Shown here piece after piece: positions 13,279 through 26,449 of a stretch of 64,000 nucleotides of DNA. Source of the stretch: Paraspadella gotoi (taxonomy: Eukaryota; Animalia; Chaetognatha); the NCBI GenBank assembly GCA_051294375.1, contig CM119264.1:23382858-23446857 (forward strand). The letters are read 5' to 3'. The notes beneath the pieces were generated by a model. That model saw only the letters and a list, made by a program, of their open reading frames with translations. It did not search any database and had not been told where the DNA came from. Position 1 is the first letter of the stretch; each line of letters starts with the position of its first letter. Position numbers and translations under genes: made by a program.

Positions 13279-14733
13279 TATCTTAGGTTTTTAAATAATT
13301 TTAAAACCACCAAAAAGCTTTCATTCAACTTTCTTTTCGATAAAATTTTCTTAAATGTTTTCACTGAAATTCGCGTTTCGTACCTCGTAATTGTACGGAC
13401 AAACATTCTTCATTCTCTCTTTTTTCCTTCGTCCAATCGAAAAAACAGATGCTGACGTCCGCCAGTTCATAAAAACAATATTACGGTGGAAGAAGGAGGG
13501 TTGACAGTTTTAAACCGAAAAGACTGAAAACAGAGAGAGAGAGAGAAGAGAGAGAGGAGAGAGAGAGAGGAGAGAGAGAGAGAGGAGAGCAGAGAGAGAG
13601 AGAGAGAGAGAAGAGAGAGGGGAGATGGGGAAAGAAATAAACAACGCGATATTTTGTTTAACCCGCCATTTGAAAAACGACCGTTCGGTGGCTGCGAACG
13701 GTCGGTTTCCTGTGCATCGTCGTCGACGACGTCGTGGTCGTCGTCACGTCGCTGTTTGTTCAAACGTTGTTTAGCCAAAAAAAAAATCGTTCCGCTAATT
13801 ACGTAACAACGAAAAAAATCGTAACTAAATCGATAATTTTTTTTTTTGAAAATCGGATTATGATCGTTATTTTTATCGCTTTTTTTTTTTTTTTTTATAT
13901 CGCGGTGATTGCGAATTTTCGCCGAGACTGAAACAAGTGAGAGGAAAATCAATCGAGACGTTGTGCACGATTCTGCCTTTTCTACCCCTCGCCGGTTATC
14001 ACGGCTCCCCCTCACTCTCATCTGCCCCGTCTCGCCTTGGGGTTTTCGATCATTTGACGTCTTGCAAAGAATTATCTAATGCGGGGGACAAAAAGGCGTA
14101 CGACTAACTTTAATGCGCAAAAGATAAAAAGAGGCCTCTAGACACCTCCGGGAATGAAATCGCTTTACATTCGAAAGAGAATTAGATTTATCGAGGGGAC
14201 AAAAAGAAGATAGATGATAGATATGATAGATCAGATAGATAGATAGCATAATAGTATAGATAGAATGATCAGATAGATAGATTAGATAGTATATCCAAGA
14301 TAAGCTAGATAGATTGAAATATATATTTTCTTGTTAATTTCATTACATTTTTTCTTTCACGCTTTTGTAATATAATTTTTATGAAAGTATTTAACTGACA
14401 GCCAAAAGTAGTAATTACTCATAATGTCTGTCTCTATCTTACAAATTTTGCTTTTTATTGAGCGCCAAAATTTAGTTTTATTTTATCCGAATCCAAGAGA
14501 AATATGTTGTTTGACAGTAACCAAATCCCGTTCCTTCTGTTTGGTATTGAAAAATCTCAGAAAAAATGTGAGACGTTTAAACAGACTGAAGAGAAATGCA
14601 CGATACTAATTAGAATTCTTTTGTCGAGGACTTTGGAAAAAAAGTCCTTCACACTGCCGACCGAAATAAATGCCCAGGATTTAAAACAGACATTGAATGG
14701 AAATTCTAGTAGAGAAGTAAGTGGAGAAAGAGA

Positions 14734-14770
<37 letters not shown>

Positions 14771-16228
14771 AGAATTTACAAATTTATTAATGCTTCAATA
14801 TTATTATCGTTTCGCGGCTCTTTTGAAAGACAAAAATGCACAAAAGCATAATCTCGATAATTGGCATAAGTTGCGTAAATGAAAAAAAAAAATAATTCGC
14901 TGGGAACGGAAAAAGGCCTATTACGTAAAAAAAAGGTTGTGACAATCGAAAACAATTTAGCGAATGTAGAGGGCGTCGTTGTTGTTGTTGTTATTGTTTG
15001 TCATAATGTAAAACAAGAAAAGCCGGTTCATGAAAAAAAGGTACAAAATGTAGTTTAGTTAAAACAAAAAAGAGATTCGAAACTGGTTTTAACTTTAAAG
15101 ATTTTAGCTTTATGTAAAAACGAAGAAAATATATGTAAATTTTATCATTTTATGGGCCAATTAGCGAGTTAAAACTTAAATCTACACTGTATATTATACT
15201 GTATACAATATACAAGGATGGTGACCCGGAAATATCAAACTCACGAACAAAGATCAAAAAAGATCAAAGGCCAAAAGTAAAAACCCAAATCGGAAACGTC
15301 TTAAACTCGGAAACACAAAAGGCGTCTAAGTCAGTATGAGGAAGTCTCATTGTGTCTCGATAGAAAAAATAGCGCGAAGTCAAACATCCAACTTCAAATA
15401 AACGTCAACCCAGGAATCTCATGAGGCAAATCTCTTCATCCCGTGGTCAAAAGTCTTCTCAGTTCATTCTTATCCTTTGGACAATATAACCCAAAGCCTT
15501 GTGCAAACAATCTCAATCTCTTTTCTCTCTCTATATTTTTCTAATCAAACTTTATTCGTCGGCACGACCGATTTATTTCCGAATACATATAAACGTGCGA
15601 AGCTCCGATTAATTTCGGTTAAATTATTAATTCCGTTTTACAATCTTTTGTGCTATCGATTAATTACAGGAGTATGGCCGACCTTTCTAACCGAACCGCT
15701 ATTTAACCGAACAACACGCTTACAACGAACCCGCTTACAACGAAACCTGCTTCTAAAGAACAAGGTAAGTCGAATTATTTTCGGTTATCTATTATAACTA
15801 TAATATTCATCATCGATAGAGACATCTTCTCCCACCTTAATATACGTCTCCTCACTCGCTGTGGTTCTTATTCTATATCTATTTATCTGGCACAATTAAA
15901 AGTGTGATGTGAAGTTATAAGAGTGATATTTACAATTTAGATTGTTCATTGTGATCTGTACTATCATTATTCTCTGAGATGAATGCAGTACACCTATGCA
16001 CATCTACCCTATATACCATGGATCGGCGTGATATGGACACTTTTAACTAGTGAAGACAAAGTCGCTAGCGACGCGCGTGAAAGGGCGTCCTCCTCTAGTC
16101 ATATCGAGCAATGGATAATCGGTGGAGATTCAGCATTACTGAATTCGTCCCCACGCACCACAACACACATACTCCCGCCCATGATAATTTCGATCGTCCT
16201 GTCTGGTTCTCTGTATCATGTCTGGTCT

Positions 16229-16263
<35 letters not shown>

Positions 16264-19103
16264 CTACTCCCAATCCCTCACACCATCACATACCCACCTC
16301 TCTCATACCATACTCCACTCTACTCACACCTACTACACACGTAAACAATCAGCCAACACACACTCACCAACAACAACATCACACACAACACAATATCACC
16401 TCAGCAATATCACACCAACCGCCACATGCACATCCCCTGCACAGACCGGAAATACTACCAACCACCACACCGCAACCACCTAACAATACCATCCAAACAC
16501 GCCCTATACCTCAGCCCTGCGACGACTACCGACTCCCTTCGATCTATTGACAACCAAACACCCAAAAACTTAAATTAGAACACACACACGCACTACTCAA
16601 TCAGCACACAATAAGACACACAACAATCATCCTCCTCGTTTTTGGAAATAAGACCTATTGCACTCTATTTCCTCAATTCATCAGGCAGCAATTGGAAAAG
16701 AGAGCAACAATAGCTCAATTCCCTGACCTGCACGAGCGGAACTGGCACAACGCCTCACCAGCCTCAACTCTCATCTCCCTCCATTCCTCTATCGCACTGT
16801 CCAGTCACATACCTTCGTACCTAACTGAAACTCTGAGCCAGATGATAGATGCTCGCCACAACGACCATACTGCAAGCAGATCAGGGCCATCCATGACCGA
16901 CAGCCCGCCACATCCTCGCGCAGTACCCTCGAGCCCTGCTCTATCTACTGTGTCGCTGGTGATAGTACACCTGAACATGTCTCGCTTCTGCTCAGCGTAC
17001 CGCTGCAGACTTATTAAGTCATTGCGCTCTCGACGACTCACTGTTGCATCGTAAGATCGCAGCGATCCATAGATGTATCAACCAGATTACTCGCCGGTTT
17101 CGTGCTTCAGCTGGCGGACACATACCATGCTGCATATTGATCGTCACCTGCATCAGAGCTGCTCTATTCGCGTGCACACGTCTGTTGCTCTGCATCTCGC
17201 CCATCATGAGAAAGGCGATCCTACGAGATGTAAGCCTAGCATCCTCCATCTCTCGACATGACGAAGCGATAACTACCAGTAAATCCTCGCGATGACGGTA
17301 ATGGCACAGCTGCGGCACTCTACCGTATGCGGTGGCGCGAGCATGTCGTCCATGCACGGATACACCTCTGATTCAAAGTCGCCAACAGGAAGAGCCGAGA
17401 GGAGGGAGGAGACGGGCAAGAGCAGGCCTGGCAGAAGAAGACAGAGAGGGGACACGAGAGAGAGAGAGAGAGAGAGGAGAACGATGAGAGAGAGAGAGAG
17501 AGAGAGAAGAGAAGAAAGCAGTGATAACAAGCCGTAGACATAAAGCGCCATCAGACGACGCGACGAAAAGAAGGGGCGCCTCTCGAGGGTTTTCAAGGGT
17601 TTCAGTTCTTTGGCGGCGTTGTTGGAAGTAAGAAAGGAAAAAAAAAGAAAGAAAAAAAAAAAAGTAAAGAAACAAGGGCGGCGACAATTGAAAAGTTCTA
17701 TAAGCGAGAAGAAGGATTCTATAGCAAACTCTATGAAAAGTCAATCAGGTGGAAACCTTAAAAGAGAGAACGGGAAACTGAGAAGTGAAAGTCACCGAAG
17801 AAAGATAGGACATGATAGAGAAGTACGATCTGAGATGTACGAGATATGAAGGAGATACAAAATAAAAGAGAGAAAGAAAGAGTGATGGATTCACGTATTA
17901 ATAATACAGATGGAGTGAGGATTGGGCAAACCAAAGAGAGATGGAGAGAGAATGAAGACGAGAGAGAAGAGAGAGAGAGCAGCAGGGAGAGAGAGAGAGA
18001 AGAGAGGAATGGGAGAGAGTCGAGATGAGAGAGAGAGAGAGGACGGAGAGAGATGAGAAAANNNNNNNNNNNNNNNNNNNNNNNNNTCCTTTTAAGTTCC
18101 CCGATTGACTTTCAATAGAGTTTCTATAGAATCCTTCTTCTCCTTATAAACTTTCATTGTCGCCCCCTTTTTCTTTACTTTTTTTCTTTNNNNNNNNNNN
18201 NNNNNNNNNNNNNNNNNNNNNNNNNNNNNNNNNNNNNNNNNNNNNNNNNNNNNNNNNNNNNNNNNNNNNNNNNNNNNNNNNNNNNNNNNNNNNNNNNNNN
18301 NNNNNNNNNNNNNNNNNNNNNNNNNNNNNNNNNNNNNNNNNNNNNNNNNNNNNNNNNNNNNNNNNNNNNNNNNNNNNNNNNNNNNNNNNNNNNNNNNNNN
18401 NNNNNNNNNNNNNNNNNNNNNNNNNNNNNNNNNNNNNNNNNNNNNNNNNNNNNNNNNNNNNNNNNNNNNNNNNNNNNNNNNNNNNNNNNNNNNNNNNNNN
18501 NNNNNNNNNNNNNNNNNNNNNNNNNNNNNNNNNNNNNNNNNNNNNNNNNNNNNNNNNNNNNNNNNNNNNNNNNNNNNNNNNNNNNNNNNNNNNNNNNNNN
18601 NNNNNNNNNNNNNNNNNNNNNNNNNNNNNNNNNNNNNNNNNNNNNNNNNNNNNNNNNNNNNNNNNNNNNNNNNNNNNNNNNNNNNNNNNNNNNNNNNNNN
18701 NNNNNNNNNNNNNNNNNNNNNNNNNNNNNNNNNNNNNNNNNNNNNNNNNNNNNNNNNNNNNNNNNNNNNNNNNNNNNNNNNNNNNNNNNNNNNNNNNNNN
18801 NNNNNNNNNNNNNNNNNNNNNNNNNNNNNNNNNNNNNNNNNNNNNNNNNNNNNNNNNNNNNNNNNNNNNNNNNNNNNNNNNNNNNNNNNNNNNNNNNNNN
18901 NNNNNNNNNNNNNNNNNNNNNNNNNNNNNNNNNNNNNNNNNNNNNNNNNNNNNNNNNNNNNNNNNNNNNNNNNNNNNNNNNNNNNNNNNNNNNNNNNNNN
19001 NNNNNNNNNNNNNNNNNNNNNNNNNNNNNNNNNNNNNNNNNNNNNNNNNNNNNTCTCTACATATGAATATATAGTTATATAGATACCAAAATAGACGACT
19101 TAC

Positions 19104-19194
19104 CTTGTTCTTTAGAAGCAGGTTCGTTGTAAGCGGGTTCGTTGTAAGCGGTTTCGTTAAAAGCGGGTTCGTTAGAAGCAGGTCGGCCATCCTC
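19104..19194 (-). CDS. Candidate 91-nt internal exon encoding EDGRPASNEPAFNETAYNEPAYNEPASKEQ
   Basis: On the minus strand there is a TTACAG acceptor, an open frame built from a 15-bp repeat (AACGAACCCGCTTAC), and an AAG|GTAAGT donor. A noisy inverted copy lies at 15670-15764 (+). Confidence 0.35.
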
Positions 19195-20999
19195 CTGTAA
19201 TGAATCGATAACAAAAAACGGAATTAATAATTAACGAAATAAATGAGCTTCGACCGTTACATTATTACTTCGCGAAAAAACTAAATCTCGTTGCTCGAGC
19301 CGAATAAGAGTTTTGATGAAAAAATAATTCATCTGGACAAGAGAGAGAGAGCGAGCCGAGAGAGACGAGATGAGAGAGAGACGAGAGAAGAGAGAGAGGA
19401 AGAGAGAGTCGAGAGAGAGAGAGAGAGAAGTGACGAGTGAGAGTGAGAGAGGGAGTCAGAGATCAGGCTGACATAAAAAAATACACACACACAATGCTGG
19501 GATTGGTTATACCAGTTTTTAATTTCAATTTTCCCTCCCCCGAATAGTTTTTCTCGGCTCTCTCTCTCTTCTCTCTCTCTCTCTCTCTTCTGCTCATCTC
19601 TGTGTTAGTCTTTTCGGTTTAAAACTGGTCAACACCCTCCTTCTTCCGTAATATTGTTTAATGAACTGGCCGATCGTCAGATTCTGGTTTTTTCGATTCG
19701 GACGAAGGAAAAAAAAGAGAATGAAAAATGGTTGTGTCCGTACAATTACGGTACGAAGGCGAATTCGGTGAAAACCATTTAAGAAAATTCTTATCAGAAA
19801 GTGAATGAAGCTTTTAGTGGTTGTTAAGATATTAAAAACTAAAGATAATTTTATATGATTTCTTTACATTTCTATAATTTTGTATAATAAGTATAGTGAC
19901 ATCAAGAGCGATTACATCAAGGCAAGAAATAATTTTCTTCTTCCTCTCTCGTATTAACTATAAACTCTCTCGACTGTCAGAAAACATCATTGTAACGTTT
20001 ATGCCTGATAAGTGATAACATAGGGCATAAGGCATAGCGTTATTATTAATAATGTAAGTAACATCAGCCTTTGATAAATTATCGCTCAGATAGAACACGT
20101 CTATATATATATATAGACAAACAGTGAATGACGTTTTGACACTCTATTACATTATTAGTTAATATCATCAAGTCTTGCTTGTCTTCACATGATTCGTAAT
20201 ATCATAATATCTTTGTTATTAAACGAACTAACTGCCAAGGATGGCCGTGGCTCCTTCTATCTTTCCCCCCCCCTCTCCCCGCCGAAGTCTCATTATCAAT
20301 TAACTAAGATTGTGTTTTACGACGATTTTTAGTGCCGCGTCAAGGCTGATGTCACTCCCCCAGTGACTCTGTCTCCCTCATTTCTTCGCTCTTTTTTCAT
20401 TTATACAATTAGGCCTTTAATTTACTTTGGTCCGCGCGCCCAGAGCTTTCTCTCTCTTTTTTTGTTAAATCAGTTCCTTTGTGTTTAAGACTAAAAAAAA
20501 AAAATAAATAATGGAGAGGAAATTAAATTAAGGAAGGAAAAGCGAAGACAAAAATTTCCTTGTGTGAGAGTTAACGAAAAAAATGAAAAAGAAAAAAAAT
20601 TGATAACGGGTGCAGACTGTAGAAAGGGGGAAAAATGAATGAGAGAATGAATGAAAAAAGAAATGATTTTGTAAAAAAATAATATTTAAGCAAGTAATAC
20701 GATTCTTATATTTTGATTATTTGAGAATAAAAAGGTAAAAAAATTAGTGAGTGAGAAAGAGGGGAAGTGTCAAATTGAAACGTGGTATACCTTTCTGAAC
20801 CCTTTTTTTCTTTTCTTTTCTTTTCTTCAATCTTTCTTACGTTCCTTTCTTTTTCTAGATTTTCTTTGCTTTCTTTCCTTTCTTCTCTTTCTCCCCTCTA
20901 TTTACCGAGATTGACCCCGAAGACGCCGGGCGACTCGGTTCGCCGAGACCACAAATTCCTTAGCAACGGAATTTCCATAGCAACGAGATTTCCCTTGAC

Positions 21000-21117
<118 letters not shown>

Positions 21118-22551
21118 GCATAAACATCCTTGGATCCCAGGCGCCGCCTTTGCCGCAGCGGGTGCCGGGTTTGCGACGTCGGCGGCGGCATGCCTCTATC
21201 TCAGTTGTCCGTGGAAATAAAATTGTATTGACTTTTTGGTTAAGGTCTGGTTGCAGCCCGATGACCCTAGAAGAAATAGTGAAAGAAAGAGAGAAAGAGA
21301 AAAAGAAAGAGAGGGACGAAAGAGAGGGACGGAGAAAAAGACAGGGAGGGCAAAATGAAGGAATGACACACTAGCGCTTTATTTTTCGGTTTCGTCTTCT
21401 TTTTCGTCGTCGTTGTCGTCGTCGTCCCCATCTTTATCTTTAATATCCATCACTTCGTCACAATCGTCGTCGTCGTCGTTATCGTCGTCGTGATTGTGCT
21501 CCATTTTGCGCCGAATTTCTCAAATCTGATTATCTTTTCCTCCTTTTTTCACTTTTTTCGCGAATGTTTGCTCTCTATCGAGGGAAGCGTCTCTTGCTCT
21601 CTGTCTTTCCCTTCTTTTCATTCTTTCCTCTTCTTTGTCGTCGTCGTCGTCGTCGGCGTCGTTCTTTGTTGACAGATGAGTTTTGACGCTAAAGGATGAA
21701 CCGAACGAAAGGCCTCCTCGATTCCGCCCCCCCCCCCGGAAAAAAAAAGAAAGAAAAATAAAAGGAAGAAAGAAATTTCAAGAGACAAGAGAGAATGATT
21801 CGGCCGGAAACGAATGAAAAGGGCAAAAAGCCGGACGAGCNNNNNNNNNNNNNNNNNNNNNNNNNGGGAAAAGGGCGAAATGGAAAAGGGGAAAAAATGG
21901 CGGGAAAAAGAAATAAAAGAAAGTAGTTTTCAAAAAGTCAGTAAAAATTTGCAAAAACGAACTATGGTTAAAAAGAAATAGAGGGAAAGAACCAAAAAGA
22001 GCAAATAATAAAACATTAACAGATTGCTAAGAAATAGACATGACAGGTAAAAGGGTAAACGGAAACGACAGATCTCAGTCATCAATCAGAAAAAAAATTA
22101 TTGAGAAATGTCTAATAGGAAAAGGAGGTTGTTCTAATAATAATCATTTGACATAAATTATTATTCTCGAAGATAGAAAGAAAAAAAAAGAAAAGAGAGA
22201 GAGAGCCGAGAGACAGAGAGAAGGAGAGAATATCTCTCCAGGATGCTTTTATTGACATGGAGGAAAATTGCCGGACTTAGGCGGCGTCGTTGAAGATCGC
22301 GGCCCCGATCGAGCTTGGCGATCTCCGGCGGCGGTCAAAGGACGGGGCCAAATTGGAAGATCGCGGGCAGAGGAAAGAAGAGGGAAGTCTTATGATGTGG
22401 AAGGATAAATGCGAGTTCACGGGCTCCTCAGGGAGCAGGGATCAATTATGGAAGTTGGTGTTTGTATTTTTAATTATGTATAGTAGATTTTCTAAATTTA
22501 ATTGATGCGAAGAGGCATCGGTTTTTCATCTTTCCCATTCTAACGTATACC

Positions 22552-24340
22552 TATTAGCGCGTGAGTATAAATACATTCCTTGAATTTGGTCATCTTGTGT
22601 CCCTTAATATTTTTGATTTATATATTTTTTTTAATAAAATTATTAACATTTTCCGCGTGGTTTTAGTCGCTAACCGCTTCAGTAGAGGACAAAATGGGTA
22701 ACATGTGTTCGTCGCTTCTTGAAAATTCGAGTCCGTCCAAGAGAATTTCCCAGTTTGTCGTCTTCTGCTCACAATCCCAAAAACTCCCGACGCACGCGAC
22801 CTCTGATTTGGTCGAATTTAATGAGATCCAGCTTTCTCTTGAGCAGTGAATTAACTCAGTCCGACGTAAAGAGAGCGAAGATTCTTGAAAACGACAGAAT
22901 TGTGTTATTGATGCAATTTGAGAATTATTACGGAGAAAAAATAGACTTTAGATGGATTTATTCGTAGCTCTTTAGTAAATTAGGATAGTGATATATTTAA
23001 AGAAACGACACGGAAATGCCAGGAGAAACAATAAAAAACACCCCAAGACTGTTAATATGTATCCGAAGGAGTCTGAGAAGGGTCATCGATAAAGGCACTT
23101 TACGGAAAACGGAGGAGGAGACCGAGTCTGCGCCATGATGCTGTCGCGTCGACGTGCATTGGGGAAGGAGACTGTCTTTCAAGCAAAGGTTGTGAACGAG
23201 AAGGTGAGTTAGAATTGACGAAAGATTGAGCATAAGGCTCTCTCTATATATAAAACTCTCTCAAATTGTGTTCCTCTGCTTTGCAGATTATTATTTATAA
23301 ATAACATTCTGTACTAGCCATCGGAACGGCGAAGATAATTAAGCAAAAAGCTAAATATTTTAAAAATATCGAGAAATTTAAGTATTAAAAACGTGTAAGT
23401 CCGTTAACCTGTGGCTCTAGGAAAAGGGAGAGGAGAAGATGCATCGGTTTTTTCAAAGCATAGCGTGTGAAAAATACCACTTTACAGAAAAACAAATTCT
23501 GCACTTCTGATATTTCAATGAAAATTCCGATTCGCATACCGAATTTCAAAGGGAATGGAACCTCGCAATCAGAATTTCGAACGAACAGAAAGAGGCAGGA
23601 AAAGGCAAAGAAAGAGCGTTTTGGCGTTCTCTCGCGTATGGAGTGCTCTCTTTCAATGGGTATTTGAGTGAGTACTTCGCTGCTGAGTGCTGCTTTTATC
23701 ATGTGAAAGCTGTGATGACTGCAGACCAGTCTGGCGGCTTCTGTGACGGAAATTGTTGAGGGGAAAAAAACGCTACAAAGGGGTATCGTTGTGCCTCAGA
23801 TTGTCTCACAGGGAAATAAAATGTGGGCAACACAAAAAACGGAAAAACACATAAACTAATTGTTAACTCAAGGGAACACCATTAGTGAAAAAGAGAAAAA
23901 TCGGTCATCTTGGAACATTACGGCTTGGACTTAGTATTGAGATATAAAAAAAAACAAAAAAGAAACAAATAACGGGCCCGGGCAAAAGAGCAGAACAAAA
24001 ACTTGAGAGAAATGGAAAAGTGAAAAGAATAAGCGAAGAAAAGTCCTTCAATGAAGATAAGAAAGAATTAGTTCAACAAAAGAAGGAAGAGATTTGAGTT
24101 CACCCAAAAAAAAAGGCTATGCAAAAAAAATTAATCTTTTTTTCCTCACTTTAGATAAACTCATATTTGGAGATAGTGTCAAAAGGTGAGAGAATTCTTT
24201 GCATGGTGATTATTGGGAAATGGAATATTGTAATGAGAGAGATATTAGATTTTCAAAACTGGAAAACGAAAGTTGATAAAAAAATTCAAAAGAGAAAAAT
24301 GGAAAATGCGTTCAATCTCTTCACCTCACGTAGGTCACGA
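22552..24340 (+). mobile_element. 5' part of the same hAT element (second, truncated read-through of the same insertion)
   Basis: It has the same upstream flank (CCCATTCTAACGTATACC) and left TIR (TATTAGCGCGTGAGTATAAATACA). It is colinear with 29400-~30820, with many indels, and then breaks off. Confidence 0.75.
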
Positions 24341-24554
24341 TAGAAGACAGCGAGAAAGCACAAAAGTACAGGCTGGCCCCCAAAGGAAAACGGAACTTCA
24401 CCGAATAGAAAATGGGGTCGCCCTGACCCTAGAGAGAAGAATAAGTAACCCCTAGGCACGATGAGAGGAGAGGACAGAATAAACAAGATGAGAAAAGAAA
24501 GAGTGAGATTGCGTATATATACGCTGATGGTGGAGGATGGCAAACAGAGAGGAG

Positions 24555-24602
<48 letters not shown>

Positions 24603-24612
24603 GAGAGAACAG

Positions 24613-24644
<32 letters not shown>

Positions 24645-26418
24645 AAAAAAGAGAGCGAAGAAAAGATTAGATTGTTTTGCACCAAGGCTTTGGTTGGTTA
24701 TATTGTCCAAAGTAAGAAATGAACTAGAAGACTTTTGACCACCCCTCGATTGAAGAATTTGCCCTCATGAGATTCCTGCGGGTTGACGTTTATTTGGAAG
24801 TTGGTTTGACTTTCGCGCTATTTTTCTTACGAGACACAATAGACTTCCTCATACTGATTTAGACCCTTTTGTGTTTCCGCAGGTTTAGACGTTTCGATTT
24901 GGGTTTTACTTTTGGCCTTTGATTTTTTTGGATCTTTGTTCTGAGTTTTGATATTTCGTCACCATCCTTGATTAGTATTGTAACAGATATAACAGTTGTT
25001 AGATTTTAAGTTTAACCTCGCTAATTTGGCCCATAAAATGATAAAATAATATTATTTTCTTCGTTTTTTACATAAAGGCTAAAATCTTTAGAAGTTAAAA
25101 CAGTTGTCGAATCTTGCTTTTTTTTTTTAATCTCTAAATACCGAACTACTACTTATGTTTTTGTCACAGAAGAAAATTAACTAGTTATAATTGTCTGTGG
25201 GTACCTGATATATTACATTAACAGATTGCTAAGAAATAGATCATGACAGGTAAAAGGGTAAACGGAAACGACAGATCTCAGTCATCAATCGGAAAAAAAT
25301 TATGAGAAATGTCTAATAGGAAAAGGAGGTTGTCTCTAATTAATAATCATTTGACATAAATTATTATCTCGAAAGATAGAAAGAAAAAAAGAAAAAGAGA
25401 GAGAGAGCCAGAGAGACAGAGAGAGAAGGAGAGAGATATCTCTCCAGGATGCTTTTATGACATGGAGGAAAATTGCCGGATTAGGCGGCGTCGTTGAAGA
25501 TCGCGGCCCCGATCGAGCTTGGGCCGATCTCGGCGGCGGTCAAGGACGGGGCCAAATTGGAAGATCGCGGGCAGAGGAAAGAAGAGGGAAGTCTTATGAT
25601 GTGGAGGATAAATGCGAGTTCACGGGCGTCGGGGGAGCAGGGATCAATTATGGAAGTTGGTTTTTGTATTTTAATTATGTATAGTAGATTTTCTAATTTA
25701 ATTGATGCGAAGAGGGCATCGGTTTTTCATCTTTCCCATTCTAACGTATACCTATAGTCCCTCTTTCCTTTTCTACCTCCTTTCTCTCTTCTCTCTCCTT
25801 CTCCCTCCCTCTTCTTCCTCCTTCCCTTGTCCGCTCGCGAAAACGTCAAATGGAAACGAGAAAGCCAAGTTGACAGGTGCGACGACGACGACGACGACGA
25901 CGATGGATGCCGCATTGTCGGGTGTCGAAGGCCGATTCAACGAATCGACGATGCGAACTCAAAGTTTTCTTTTTATTTCTTCTTTTCTTTTCTTTTTTTC
26001 TCTTTCCTTTATTCTTTTTCCATGTCTAAATCTCTATCATTACTTTCCCTTTTTTTTGCTTTTTACTTTCTCTCTTTTTTTATTGTTTCTTTTTCTCCCC
26101 TTTCTTTCTCCACCTCTTGTCCGGTTAAAACCTCGTCAAGGTCCACCCCTTCTACCTTCCTCCCCCTCTCCCCCTTCCTCCATTTCATCCTCCTCCTCCT
26201 CCACCTCCCCCTCCTCCTCCGAAATTCCAAAGCAGGAAAAGAGTTTTCGCTTCTTCGCCAATAATTCGTTGGTCAGAAGGTCGAGTCTAATCAGAGGCCG
26301 ACGGGCTTTTGTTTTTGGGTGGAAGAATTGAAACAGGGGGAGAGAGTGTTGTCGTTTGTTGGAATGAGTGAGAGTTGTTGAGAGAGATGAAGAGAGAGAG
26401 GAGATGAGAGAAAGAGAG

Positions 26419-26449
<31 letters not shown>

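Larger units (their letters stand above)
8178..13620 (-). repeat. Inverted copy of the locus also assembled at ~19560-22551, ~25215-27337, ~27363-29399 and ~33498-35827
   Basis: 8178 ATCCTTCATACTCTTTGTTTG is the reverse complement of the sequence ending at 27337 and at 35827. Landmarks are colinear throughout and differences are mostly indels. Confidence 0.9.

Noticed and set aside
19104-19194. CRISPR-like array
   Set aside because: The repeats are directly adjacent 15-mers without unique spacers, in a eukaryotic context with no cas genes.
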